This document shows positions 38,920-49,876 of a DNA stretch of 64,000 nt, piece after piece. The notes beneath the pieces are model-generated. The model had not been told where the DNA came from, did not search any database, and was given only the letters and a program-made list of their open reading frames with translations. This DNA comes from an uncultured cyanobacterium (GTDB taxonomy: Bacteria; Cyanobacteriota; Cyanobacteriia; Cyanobacteriales; Nostocaceae). Where the stretch lies: contig CAVUDP010000002.1 of assembly GCA_963740315.1 (NCBI GenBank), positions 3,552,001 to 3,616,000 on the forward strand, in the 5' to 3' direction. A program made the translations under genes and the position numbers. How positions within the stretch are numbered: position 1 is the stretch's first letter; the number at the start of each line of letters is the position of its first letter.

Positions 38920-39027
38920 ATGTCCTCAGATAAAAATGCAGTATTTGTCCGTGAATTGAAAATTGATGACATTGCGCCAGTTTTCCATTTAGGCGAACAA
39001 TTATTTACCAGCGATTTATATCCTTAA
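38920..39027 (+). pseudogene. 5' relic of a GNAT acetyltransferase
   Basis: MSSDKNAVFVRELKIDDIAPVFHLGEQLFTSDLYP* matches the recalled start of a cyanobacterial GNAT family, then stops after 35 aa. Confidence 0.65.
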
Positions 39028-39134
39028 TAAATAATATAATTTCCTTGTAAGTGTGATGTTTTAGAAACCCGTCTTGTCGAGGTGCAATTCTTCAATCTTC
39101 AATCTAAAATATAAAATATAAAATATAAAATCCT

Positions 39135-41525
39135 ATGTCCGAACAAAAGTGGATTCTAAAAACAACAGAAGAACCGCCAAAATCGTTTTTAGAACTAGTA
39201 AAACAATATATATCAACCTCGGAAGGAAATTTTGCAGCGCAATTATTATGGCAACGAGGAATTAGAGACAAAACTCAATTAGAAAATCATATTAATCCCC
39301 AAGCTTATCAACCAGCAAGTCCTTTTGAATTTGGACAAGAAATGCAGCTTGCGGTAGAAAGGTTGCTGATTGCGCGAAATAACAACGAAAAACTTGCAAT
39401 TTGGGGAGATTTCGACGCTGACGGTATCACCTCTACAGCAGTTTTGTGGGATGGTTTAGGACAGTTTTTTGCTAAAGATACGCAGCTAAGTTACTACATC
39501 CCCAATCGTTTAACAGAATCCCACGGATTAAATATTCCAGGCATTGAGAAGCTCAAACAGCAAGGATGCCAGCTAATCGTGACTTGCGACACGGGCAGCA
39601 CTAATATAGATGAAATTATCTATGCAAACGAGTTAGGCATAGACATTATTGTTACCGACCATCACACTTTATTGCCAGAACGCCCCCCCGTAGCAGCGAT
39701 TATTAATCCTCGCAACTTACCCGAATCCCATCAACTATTTCATCTTTCCGGAGTGGCAGTAGCTTACAAATTAGTAGAAGCTCTGTACATCAGCTTGCCA
39801 CAAACGGCGCAACAGCCCTTAAAAGATTTACTAGACTTAGTAGCAGTAGGATTAATTGCCGATTTAGTCCAGTTGAGCGGAGATTGTCGCTACTTAGCAC
39901 AATTAGGAATTGGGCAACTGCAACAAGACTTTAAAAAACCACCAGCAGCAAGAAGAAGACCTGGTGTAGGAAGACTACTAGAATTGTGCCAGAAAAATGG
40001 CGATCGCCCTACAGATATTTCCTTTGGCTTGGGACCGCGAATTAATGCTGTCAGCCGCATTCAAGGAGACGCGAGTTTTTGCGTAGAATTACTCACTAGC
40101 AGTAACCAAAAGCGTGTTTGCGAACTAGCAGAAATAACCGAACTCGCCAACAGTCGTCGTAAATCCCTGCAAAAAGACGTAGCGCGTCACGTTGAGCAAA
40201 AGCTTTCCCAAATAGACTTATCAACCACCAGCGTCATAGTTTTAGCAGATCCACAGTGGGCAGTTGGCGTTTTGGGATTAGTTGCCGGACAGGTAGCACA
40301 AGATACCGGAAGACCGACGGTTTTGTTGAGTACCGAAGTCGTGGAGGAAGAACTAGAGGGGGTAGATAAAAAAGATATTTCTCCCCATCCCCCCATCCCC
40401 CCATCTCCCAATCCCCCCATCCCTGCTTTAGCAAGGGGTTCGGCACGTTCGGTTAACTCGGTGGATTTATATCAATTAGTTAAACACCAAGCACATTTAC
40501 TGCATCGCTTTGGAGGGCATCCTTTTGCAGCAGGTTTGAGTATCCCGGTAGAAAATATTCCTTTATTTACAGAAGCGATAAATCAACAATTGCGACAAAT
40601 AACTGGAGGTGCAACACTAACATCAACAGTCGAAGCAGACTTAATCGTAACGGTAGCAGACTTAGGTAAAGAATTATTTTTAGAATTAAAATTACTTGAA
40701 CCCTGCGGAATGGGTAATCCGGTACCGAAATTATTGATCGAAAACTGTTGGTTTGAAAATACTTGGCATCGCAATCAGCAAGATTCGCGAGGTAAAAAAA
40801 TACAGTATATAAAAACAGAATTTGATATCCGCGACGACTCTACCAAAAATCGCTTTCCCGGCATCTGGTGGGGACATTATAAAGATGAATTACCACCCCA
40901 TAAATGCGACTGTATAGTTGAATTAGACTACAATACTTTCAAAAAACGTTACGAAATTCGACTAATCGCGGTACGTGCTGCCGAAAATGCCATAAATCCA
41001 ATTTCTCAGAATTATTCATCAATTCTAGATTGGCGCAATCTTTCCCCTAACAACTATCCATCATCATCCGACTTACCCCTTATGATTAAAGAATGTCCGA
41101 CTCGTTGGGATGATTTGCGAGTCTGGATGAGACGTTCCTTTTACAAACAGCAACCTGTAGCATTAGCCTGGTCAAAACCTAACCCCCAAGCACCAGAAGA
41201 AACCTGGTTAAAGCTTGTAGGAATCGCCAAATACTTGTGCCGTACAAATCAACCAGCAACCCGCATACAAATATTAGAAAAACTATCTATAAGTACCCAA
41301 ACATTACATTTAGGTTTTCAGGCTTTAAAAGCTTTAGGATTTACAATAAGATCGCAAGATAATTATTTAATATTTAGCCAGAATAACACAAATCCCACTC
41401 CTAAATTAGAAGCCGCGATCGATAAATTTACAGCAGCAGTACGCGAAGAAGAATTTCAAAAAACTTATTTTAACAAAGTCCCGGTGTCAATTATCAATTA
41501 TCAGTTAGCAGCGATTAGGGAGTAG
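39135..41525 (+). CDS. recJ: Single-stranded-DNA-specific exonuclease RecJ (long cyanobacterial form)
   Basis: GDFDADG, TCDTG, TDHH, GPRINA and GGHPFAAG DHH/DHHA1 motifs. Confidence 0.92.
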   Translation: MSEQKWILKTTEEPPKSFLELVKQYISTSEGNFAAQLLWQRGIRDKTQLENHINPQAYQPASPFEFGQEMQLAVERLLIARNNNEKLAIWGDFDADGITSTAVLWDGLGQFFAKDTQLSYYIPNRLTESHGLNIPGIEKLKQQGCQLIVTCDTGSTNIDEIIYANELGIDIIVTDHHTLLPERPPVAAIINPRNLPESHQLFHLSGVAVAYKLVEALYISLPQTAQQPLKDLLDLVAVGLIADLVQLSGDCRYLAQLGIGQLQQDFKKPPAARRRPGVGRLLELCQKNGDRPTDISFGLGPRINAVSRIQGDASFCVELLTSSNQKRVCELAEITELANSRRKSLQKDVARHVEQKLSQIDLSTTSVIVLADPQWAVGVLGLVAGQVAQDTGRPTVLLSTEVVEEELEGVDKKDISPHPPIPPSPNPPIPALARGSARSVNSVDLYQLVKHQAHLLHRFGGHPFAAGLSIPVENIPLFTEAINQQLRQITGGATLTSTVEADLIVTVADLGKELFLELKLLEPCGMGNPVPKLLIENCWFENTWHRNQQDSRGKKIQYIKTEFDIRDDSTKNRFPGIWWGHYKDELPPHKCDCIVELDYNTFKKRYEIRLIAVRAAENAINPISQNYSSILDWRNLSPNNYPSSSDLPLMIKECPTRWDDLRVWMRRSFYKQQPVALAWSKPNPQAPEETWLKLVGIAKYLCRTNQPATRIQILEKLSISTQTLHLGFQALKALGFTIRSQDNYLIFSQNNTNPTPKLEAAIDKFTAAVREEEFQKTYFNKVPVSIINYQLAAIRE

Positions 41526-41710
41526 GGAGTAGGGAGTAGGGAGTAGGGAGTAGTAACTTGTTACCAGTAACCAGTGACCAATTAATAATTTAACTTCTAA
41601 CTTCTAACTCCTAACTCCTAACTCCTAACTCCTAACTCCTAACTCCTAACTCCTAACTCCTAACTCCTAAAGTCTCAATCCAAAATCTAAAATCCAAAAT
41701 CCAAAATCGT
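41517..41710. repeat. STRR cluster (AGGGAGT, TAACTCC, AAAATCC units)
   Basis: Tandem heptamers between convergent genes. Confidence 0.92.
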
Positions 41711-41717
41711 ATAGCTC

Positions 41718-42422
41718 CTAACTCCCAACTTTCAAATTCCCTTGACGTTCGCATTTAAAACCGCGACTTTGCCATTCTTGTAAATTAACTTTACTTAGCG
41801 GTATGACGTTGGAACATTGTGGTTTGATGACTTGACTCAATCCCGCCCAAAATACGCTGCGAGTCACATCTAAACCAGTTTTCCACCAATATTCGCGATT
41901 TCCTGGAATACCAACTTCTTGAATTATGTCAGGTTCTACCCACATTCCATGAGCGCCTAAAAGTATTTGTGCTATCCATTTAGCTCGTGGTAAATGTGTT
42001 GTAGAGGTGATTAGTTTCACCTTATGCACGCCCCATTGCCGCAAAATTGGAATACTATAGTAAAAGTTGTCAAAAGTAGAGTTGGCACATTTCTCCAACC
42101 AAACTTTTTGCATAGGTGCAGATTGTCGTTGAAAAATTAACCAAATACAAGGATCTTTTGAACCGCTAGAAATTAAAATCGGAATTTGTGGGTATTTTTG
42201 TGCTAACTCGGCGACATACATTTCTCGTTTGATACTTCCACCCAAAACGAAAAAGGCATCTATAGGCTTGGAAGATGCAAAAAATACAGTTATAGTAGTA
42301 AAAAATAACCAGATAGCAAGCAATAGGCTAACACCAATTGCAAATTTTTGTAAAAAACGCCACCGTTTTTTATATTGACTTCTAACTTGAGGAAATTGGT
42401 GATTTTTTACTTTACGATTCAT
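41718..42422 (-). CDS. YdcF/DUF218 family protein
   Basis: N-terminal TM; FVLGG, E..A.STFDN and LITS..HLPRA motifs. Confidence 0.85.
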   Translation of the reverse strand: MNRKVKNHQFPQVRSQYKKRWRFLQKFAIGVSLLLAIWLFFTTITVFFASSKPIDAFFVLGGSIKREMYVAELAQKYPQIPILISSGSKDPCIWLIFQRQSAPMQKVWLEKCANSTFDNFYYSIPILRQWGVHKVKLITSTTHLPRAKWIAQILLGAHGMWVEPDIIQEVGIPGNREYWWKTGLDVTRSVFWAGLSQVIKPQCSNVIPLSKVNLQEWQSRGFKCERQGNLKVGS

Positions 42423-42744
42423 GATAAACCTGAATAAAATGGTTAACTATAGTTTGAGTCAAGTCTAAAATTAATGTAACTAATATTCCTAAGTAAAAGC
42501 CTCAATTAAGTAAAGTAAAAATGAGTGCTAGTATGACACCGATGAAAGTGGCATAAGAATGAATTAAGCTTGGGTCGGAAATTGACTAAGTTAAGAAGCT
42601 ATTCTCAGAGCTAACTAGCGTGTTATGAGAAAAACTTGGATAATATGCTTCAATTTAGTCAGATTTCCACCGTTCAAAACTTATCAGTTTATAAATTATC
42701 TGATTGCTAAACACTCAATTACACCATCATTCGTGCAAATTTAA

Positions 42745-44067
42745 ATGAAAAAATTAGCGAAACGTTACTCGCCGCTGCGATCGGCTTTTATTGGTGGAGC
42801 AATAGCTACTACAGCAGCAGTGTCTGTATTTGTTCCAGTTTGGTGTCGTTCCGTTCGTGCTGCTCTACAGGATAGCCCGAAAGCGATTGTTGACCAAGTA
42901 TGGCAATTGGTGAATCGCGAGTATGTAGACGGATCGTTTAATAACCAAAATTGGCAAACCGCTAGAAAGACGTTATTAAGCAAAAATTATACTTCCCGCG
43001 AACAAGCTTATACTACAATTCGTCAAACTTTGAAAAGATTGGGCGATCCATACACTCGTTTTATGGACCCCAAAGAATACCAGAGTCTTACTTCTCAGAC
43101 TTCTGGGGAAGTTTCCGGAATTGGTATTCGCATGGAGAAAAATCCACAAACCCAGCTTTTAACAATAGTAGAAGCTTTAGAAAATTCTCCAGCGATGAGC
43201 GCGGGCATTAAAAAGGGCGATGTCATTTTAGCTATTGACGGAAAACCCACCAAAAACATGGAAATAGAGGATGCCTCCAACTTAATTCGAGGTAAGGTAG
43301 GTACTTCCATCAATTTACGTATGGGAAGACCTGCTCAAAAAGCATTTGATGTCAAGCTGACGCGAGCGACTATTGAAGTGCCAACCGTGCGTTATACCCT
43401 GAGAAAAGAAGGTAATCGGCAGATTGGCTATATCCACTTGCGGGAATTCAGCGCTCACGCAGCAGAACAAATGCAGCGTGCTATCCGTAAATTGAACGCT
43501 AGTAACGTTGACGGCTTCGTACTAGACTTGCGAGGAAATCCGGGTGGTTTGTTAAATGCAAGCATTGAAATTGCTCGGATGTGGCTTGATGAAGGTTCAA
43601 TTGTTCGCACTGAAGATCGTAAAGGTGGAAGCGAATTAACAAAAGCCAACAGTACGGCTTTGACAAATCGCCCCTTGGTAGTCTTAGTAGACAATAATTC
43701 AGCTAGTGCGAGTGAAATTCTTACAGGCGCACTTAAAGATAACAAGCGAGCAACCGTAATTGGCTCGAAAACCTTTGGAAAAGCATTAGTACAATCAGTC
43801 CACGAACTAGCAGATGGTTCCGGTGTCGCTATTACTATTGCTCATTACTATACTCCTAAAGGAACCGATATCAATAAAAAGGGAATTACACCCGATATTG
43901 AAATGGATTTGACTGCATCTCAGCAACGTCAACTTGCTTCCGATCCAAAATTAATCGGAACAAATAAAGATCCTCATTATGCGCGGGCACTGTCAATTTT
44001 ATCAAATAACAACTTTGCATCTCAAGAGCAAAATCACTTTTCTCGCAAACCTTTGCAGATTCGCTAG
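42745..44067 (+). CDS. ctpB: C-terminal processing protease (S41), CtpB-type
   Basis: GIGI PDZ loop, DLRGNPGG, SASASEI (catalytic Ser), TFGKALVQ. Confidence 0.8.
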   Translation: MKKLAKRYSPLRSAFIGGAIATTAAVSVFVPVWCRSVRAALQDSPKAIVDQVWQLVNREYVDGSFNNQNWQTARKTLLSKNYTSREQAYTTIRQTLKRLGDPYTRFMDPKEYQSLTSQTSGEVSGIGIRMEKNPQTQLLTIVEALENSPAMSAGIKKGDVILAIDGKPTKNMEIEDASNLIRGKVGTSINLRMGRPAQKAFDVKLTRATIEVPTVRYTLRKEGNRQIGYIHLREFSAHAAEQMQRAIRKLNASNVDGFVLDLRGNPGGLLNASIEIARMWLDEGSIVRTEDRKGGSELTKANSTALTNRPLVVLVDNNSASASEILTGALKDNKRATVIGSKTFGKALVQSVHELADGSGVAITIAHYYTPKGTDINKKGITPDIEMDLTASQQRQLASDPKLIGTNKDPHYARALSILSNNNFASQEQNHFSRKPLQIR

Positions 44068-44107
44068 TGTTAAACGTTTATTAGTTATGATTTATCAGTT
44101 TTAAGCA

Positions 44108-44145
44108 GCGTTGGTGGTGGGTTAACCCACTATCAACGTTTTCTT
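44108..44145 (+). terminator. Probable intrinsic terminator after ctpB
   Basis: CGTTGGTGGTGGGTTAACCCACTATCAACG palindrome followed by a T-rich run. Confidence 0.55.
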
Positions 44146-44337
44146 TTAGTAAGGTTTTTTTCTCCGTAATCTTCTGGTGCTACGGGAGCGAACGCTGTTT
44201 AACTAAAATTTTGAGTTCTCGCTATCCCGATTTATTAAAATTAACAACGAAAATGTTTTTGAATTGGGAATAATAAAAATTAAAGGGTTAGTAGTTGTTT
44301 ACGCTCAAACCAATAATTCCTAGTCAAGAATCTCGAT

Positions 44338-45306
44338 ATGAATAACGAATTATTTAAGACAACCGCAACCAATACCTTTAAACCCCAGGTATCGGTGGTG
44401 ATTCCTATTTATAACGGTACGGCAGATTTACCAGAATTAATTAATTGTCTATTGGCTCAAACCTATCCAAAAGAACAGATAGAGTATTTGCTGGTAGACA
44501 ATAATAGTAGCGATGGTACTGCTGAATTATTAAAAGCTGCTTCAGAAAATTGCCCAATTAAAATTCGTGCTTTGAGCGAAAACGAAATTCAAAGTTCTTA
44601 CGCCGCACGCAACACCGGAATTCGTGAAGCGAAAAGCGAAATCATTGCTTTTACCGATGCTGATTGCCGTCCCCAGCCACAGTGGTTAGAAGCATTAGTT
44701 CAACCTTTTGTTAGCCAAAACGTGGTAATTGTCGCCGGTGAAATTACGGCGTTGCCTGGTAATAGTTTATTAGAGAAATACGCAGACCAGCAAGAAACTC
44801 TATCGCAAAAACATACATTAGCGAATAAATTTTGTGCTTACGGACAAACCGCAAATTTAGCAATTCGTCGGTTGGCATTAGAAAAAGCCGGGTTATTCCG
44901 TCCTTACTTAACAACTGGGGGCGATGCTGATATATGTTGGCGGATTTTGCAACTTGAGATTGGAAGTTTAGAATTTGCGCCTTGTGCAATCGTTCAGCAT
45001 CATCATAGAACCACATTAAAAGAACTTTTGAGTCAATGGCAACGTTATGGGCGTTCCAATAGCTATCTCCACGAACTACACGGCGTAGAATTGATGCGCG
45101 AGATAAAACTGTCGGTATGCTACTATGGGCTGTTGCGTTGGTTGGTTAAAGAACTGCCCAAAACTAGTTTGAAAACAATATTGGGTAAAGCAAGCCTTTT
45201 AGATTTAGTAAGCACACCAATCGGCTTGTTCACCGCTAGAGCGCGTTACTTAGGACAACTGCAAGCACAATTACCTTCTCAAGCTAAGAACATTGAATGG
45301 CTTTGA
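44338..45306 (+). CDS. Family 2 glycosyltransferase
   Basis: SVVIPIYN, VDNNSSD, ARNTG and FTDAD motifs. Confidence 0.92.
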   Translation: MNNELFKTTATNTFKPQVSVVIPIYNGTADLPELINCLLAQTYPKEQIEYLLVDNNSSDGTAELLKAASENCPIKIRALSENEIQSSYAARNTGIREAKSEIIAFTDADCRPQPQWLEALVQPFVSQNVVIVAGEITALPGNSLLEKYADQQETLSQKHTLANKFCAYGQTANLAIRRLALEKAGLFRPYLTTGGDADICWRILQLEIGSLEFAPCAIVQHHHRTTLKELLSQWQRYGRSNSYLHELHGVELMREIKLSVCYYGLLRWLVKELPKTSLKTILGKASLLDLVSTPIGLFTARARYLGQLQAQLPSQAKNIEWL

Positions 45307-45308
45307 GA

Positions 45309-45448
45309 CAGTTAGCAGTTAGCAGTTAGCAGTTAGCAGTTAGCAGTTAGCAGTTAGCAGTTAGCAGTTAGCAGTTAGCAGTTAGCAGTTAGCAGTTAGC
45401 AGTTAGCAGTTAGCAGTTAGCAGTTAACAGTTAGCAGTTAGCAGTTAA
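45309..45448. repeat. Heptamer tandem array (CAGTTAG)x20
   Basis: 140 bp; two units read CAGTTAA. Confidence 0.97.
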
Positions 45449-45705
45449 TTTCCCCCGAACCCCATCTCCCCCGCTCGCCGCACGCTCCGCGTGTTCAGCG
45501 CGGCACGACTCGTTAGAGTAACGGGTTGCGCCACTTCTCTCAACGGTCGTGTTCCTCCGCACGTTTTGGGCTTACCATCTCCCCCTCTCCCCCGAACCCC
45601 ATCTCCCCCGAACCCCATCTCCCCCTCTCCCCATCTCCCCTGCTTTTTTTCAAACTGTTGCCAAATTTCGCTAAATTGGAAAATGTACAATGTAGGATAA
45701 TTGAG

Positions 45706-46401
45706 ATGACAGCACAACTGTTACTGGTTGATGATGAACCCGGATTGCGCGAAGCGGTAAAAGATTACTTGGAAGCGAGTAATTTTAACGTTCAAGTTTC
45801 CAGTAACGCTCGTGATGCTTGGGAGTGGATGCAGCAAAATACACCAGATTTGGTCATCTCCGATATTATGATGCCTCAAGTAGATGGTTATCAATTTCTC
45901 AAGCAACTCCGAGATGATACTCGTTTTAAAACATTACCAGTAATATTTTTGACTGCAAAAGGTATGACTGGCGATCGCATTCAAGGTTATCAAGCTGGTG
46001 TTGATGCGTATTTACCCAAACCTTTCGATCCAGATGAGTTAGTCGCAATTGTGGAAAACTTGATTGCTCGTCGCGCCGCCAAAACAAGTGCGAGTGTGGA
46101 GGAAGGAGAAACCCCAGACTTAGCTGAATTAGCCTCTCAGATTGCTCAAATTAAGGCGTTACTGACTCAAAAAACTGCCATCACTCAATCAAGCGCACCT
46201 TTCAATATTGACTTAACTCCCAGAGAACAAAGCGTTTTAAATCTGGTTGCTGAAGGATTAATGAATAAAGAAATTGCTCGGCGCTTAGAAACAAGTGTTC
46301 GCAACGTGGAAAAATACGTTAGCCGTTTGTTTAGTAAAACCGGGACAAATAGCCGTACTGAATTGGTTCGCTTTGCTTTGGAACACGGTTTAGCTAATTA
46401 A
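45706..46401 (+). CDS. NarL/LuxR-family response regulator (Ycf29-like)
   Basis: LLVDD, ISDIMMP and PKP receiver; LTPREQSVL...GLMNKEIA HTH. The true start is the ATG at 45706; the ORF extension upstream is repeat DNA. Confidence 0.92.
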   Translation: MTAQLLLVDDEPGLREAVKDYLEASNFNVQVSSNARDAWEWMQQNTPDLVISDIMMPQVDGYQFLKQLRDDTRFKTLPVIFLTAKGMTGDRIQGYQAGVDAYLPKPFDPDELVAIVENLIARRAAKTSASVEEGETPDLAELASQIAQIKALLTQKTAITQSSAPFNIDLTPREQSVLNLVAEGLMNKEIARRLETSVRNVEKYVSRLFSKTGTNSRTELVRFALEHGLAN

Positions 46402-47461
46402 ACAAACCAATTTTAGTTTGATTAAAATTTTTTATAGCTCTGAATTTATCGTAAGGTAAATCTAATACTAAGGGCTTTAAAAAATAAATTAAATTTTTAG
46501 ATTTCCTAAAACCTTTTTCCTATAAAGCTTTAGGAAACTTGTTTAAAAAGATGGGTTTCTCTATCCGCACAGTATTAAAGGCAAATAAAATTATCTAATT
46601 TTGAGGGAAGTTGCTTGAATAAACCTAAAAAATAATTAGGTAATATTACGAATTTACAGGTATTAAATCATAGGTAATTATTAAGTAGTCAAACGGCAGT
46701 TTAAGTGTCTGAAGCTAAAAGCAAAAATGAGTCCTAGCGGTGATTTCGTTCTGCATCTACTTTGCTTATCAATCAAATTTATTTAATATAAATAATCGTT
46801 ATTACCTATATCTATTTATACGTATGGCTAAAAAAAATCAAAATTATCTTCTTTTCTTAATGATTTCAAAGTATGCATGGGACGAAGGCAAATGTTCCTA
46901 ACTTATCCCACGCATTGCTTCTATCTCAACTCTAAGTACACAAAATTTCGGGAACTATCGGGAACTATAACGAATGGCTTTAGTATCTTAAGCCACGAAT
47001 CAACGAGCAAAAATTATCAAATCTTTCTAAGGTAACGGATGCTTGTTTGCTTGCTTGGGTTTTTATGCCTTCTTGAAGGAGGGTACGAATACTACCACAA
47101 ATTTCTTTAATAGTAACAAATCTCTTCTTCCCTGGTATCTCAATATTCGTAGACCGTAACCTGCCTTGAAGCAAGGCTAAAATGCTGATTAGTAGGCACC
47201 CAATTACTATCAATATCGTACATAATTCTTGAAGGTTACTGTAGACGCAACCCCGTCATAGACCGTAAGTAGATGCCGGGTAGACGCACTTTTTGTAGCG
47301 TTTTGAGAATTATTCGGTAAACCCAGCTTTGGAATAGGCTTGAGTAATACCCGTTAACTTGTTGTGGAAAAAAATTAAGTTCCAGATTTCAACTTAAAAA
47401 TTTACCAAATTTATGTAGAAAAACTACACAACCTGCCGCTACTTCATACGACGCTCGTTAC

Positions 47462-47743
47462 CTATTGGTTTATTTCGGTAGAGTTACGCAACCGCATTAG
47501 CTGTCGTCGCATCTGCGGCGAGGCTTTTAACTCTGTTGTGTGGTGAACCTTCACAACCTGCTGCAACATCTCTAGAAAGTCGTCAGAACCTTCGGTTAAC
47601 GCATCTAGCAGCACCTGCAACAGTTGTTCGCGATCGCCCAATAAACTCTTTTCCTCAATCAGTCGAAATTTGAGATTGATTTCGCACTCATAAACACCTA
47701 CTTCGACATTGTTTATTTGGCGTGGTAATGCTTTCGAGTTCAT
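47462..47743 (-). CDS. Npun_R1517/Asr1734-family heterocyst differentiation regulator
   Basis: 93 aa; MNSKALPRQINN.EVGVYECEI.LKFRLIEE...ASPQMRRQLMRLRN; synteny with ndhM and prpJ as recalled for Anabaena PCC 7120. Confidence 0.85.
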   Translation of the reverse strand: MNSKALPRQINNVEVGVYECEINLKFRLIEEKSLLGDREQLLQVLLDALTEGSDDFLEMLQQVVKVHHTTELKASPQMRRQLMRLRNSTEINQ

Positions 47744-48546
47744 AGTTGTTACGATTCCTTTACTCGGTGGTCATGGGGGTGATTTCGTTTTATCTCAAGC
47801 AAAAGCTCTTCATATTTTGTTTGAAATCGAAAGTAGTGTTTGACTTTGCAAGAAGAAAAATCATCCATCTTTATTTGTATTGCATTTCACTTTGGGCATC
47901 GATCGTTTGTAGGTAGACTAACTGATTCTATAATTTTATATTCATGCACCAATAACAGTTCTAGCAAACCCTAAACTATTATTCAGTTTTTAAACTTCTA
48001 TACAATGAAGTTTCTGTAAGAACTTGCTAGAGCTTTTTAAAGGTTTTTACATCAAAGTTTTCTCCACGTCAATAACAGTTTTACTTTTAACTTAAACAAG
48101 AGTAATACTACGTAAGTAAAAACGCTGAAATTATTTTATTAGACTATAGCCTATGGTTGTGGTTTGGCAATTCCGTAAAATTACTAGATGTAGGTTTTAT
48201 TCATTAAAAAAACACAATGTCGGTATTGCGACCATAATTTTTAAGGGTAAATTTAGTTTACGAGCATCAATTAATACCACTACTAAATTGCTTCTTCTGA
48301 ATAAGACAAATGAGAATTATTGTAGATGGCGATTCAAGCTTACCAGAGTGACCCCTATGGTAAATTTGTGTTCCCCAATCAATAAAAACATCAAAATGGG
48401 GCAAGAAAGTTATTGATGCAAAAATTAATTTGGATGCGCGGGTTTATAGTTTGGAATTTGTACTGCTTTCTTGTTGAGGTTTCAAGCAGGAATTTAGAGT
48501 TTACAATAATTGGAGTGTTACTTAACGAAATCGACAAAAGCCTCCT

Positions 48547-48903
48547 ATGGATAACCAGATGCTGCTCAAATCCACAACTCGCCATATCCGTATTTTTGCG
48601 GCAGAAGTTGAGGATGGCGAATTGGTTCCTAGCAATCAGGTCTTGACTTTAGATATTGACCCAGATAATGAATTCACCTGGAGTGAAGACGCTCTACAGG
48701 TTGTATATCGTAAATTTGATGAATTAGTCGAAGCGGCGAGCGGCACAGATTTAACAGACTATAACCTGCGTCGTATTGGCTCAGATTTAGAACATTTTGT
48801 GCGATCGCTTCTACAGATGGGTTCAATTAGCTACAACATTTCCGCACGAGTCAATAACTATAGTATGGGACTTCCCCGAGTCGCAGTGGATGAAAGTAAT
48901 TAG
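48547..48903 (+). CDS. ndhM: NAD(P)H-quinone oxidoreductase subunit M
   Basis: [37 protein letters not shown] and NYSMGLP motifs. Confidence 0.95.
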   Translation: MDNQMLLKSTTRHIRIFAAEVEDGELVPSNQVLTLDIDPDNEFTWSEDALQVVYRKFDELVEAASGTDLTDYNLRRIGSDLEHFVRSLLQMGSISYNISARVNNYSMGLPRVAVDESN

Positions 48904-49876
48904 AATTGGTCTTTATATATTTCGTTAAAAATTTATAAAGATACTAGGGTGGTAATTTAAGGTGAGCAATTGACGTATGTTCGACTTAACCCAACTTACT
49001 TACCTGAAATAAGTTCTAAATCTTCATGCAAACTTTACATTGTTGACGGCATTTGCGGCTTAATTAACAATTTTGCCGCATTTAGTCCAAAATTTGATGT
49101 TCGTGCATCTACGATTGCCTAAGTCCTAGATATCTCAGATTATTCGTATAATCGATAATTATCTTTGCCGGCTACCTGATTACAAAAAGGTAGTCGGCAG
49201 AAATTTATAGTCTAATTTATTTTAATAACTTTAAAAAATCGAGTTTCTCAAATAATAATTTCACTTTGAGAATTTAAGTATTCTGAAGAAACGCAGCTTA
49301 TATGCTTAATGCAAGATATAAATTTATTAATATAGCTGTATTGATTACTGAGTATAAGCTTAAACATATAGCTAAACATAGCGGAAAAAGCAGTCGATCG
49401 GATAGTAGTAAGACAACTTTTTCGCATTAAGCAAATGTTCGGCTCCCCGGCGAGAAACTAATTGGAAAATATATATGTAAAAAAGACAGTCTTATTACTG
49501 AAGTATACGGTAATATAGATAACCTAAAAGAACTAAATAATGATTTGTAAAATAAAAATATATGTAGAAAAAAGATAAAAAATTAAGAAATTATATTCAA
49601 TAAAGTGTATGGCTTGACTCTTTCTGTGAGTCTGCTAGCCTGCAAAATAGTATGAGCATCACGCTAAAGGTGGTAATTTTTTATATACTTTTTTAAAAGA
49701 CGTATCGTGGCTAATTAATTGCCTAGATTCCTAAAGTTGCTATACTACCTACTCTCGTGTCTGTTTTAGCCCGAGTCAAAATGGAATATATCGTTTTATG
49801 CGAACGCGAACGGCTCCTAAGCCGTTGTGTATGAATAAAGAAAAATGAACATGAATCGCCTTTTCGGTGGGAAACT

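Noticed and set aside
45309..45448. Tandem array considered as CRISPR
   Set aside because: Pure 7-mer repeats with no spacers; an ordinary STRR.
45526..45705. N-terminal extension of the response regulator ORF (also ORFs 45445-45717 and 45491-45700)
   Set aside because: Translation of STRR and inserted repeat DNA; the receiver domain begins at the ATG at 45706.
46980..47213. 77-aa minus-strand ORF
   Set aside because: Non-ATG start, no clear RBS and no recognisable family; left uncalled.
48153..48646. Short ORFs upstream of or overlapping ndhM
   Set aside because: No recognisable motifs, located in divergent promoter DNA, and partly overlapping ndhM out of frame.
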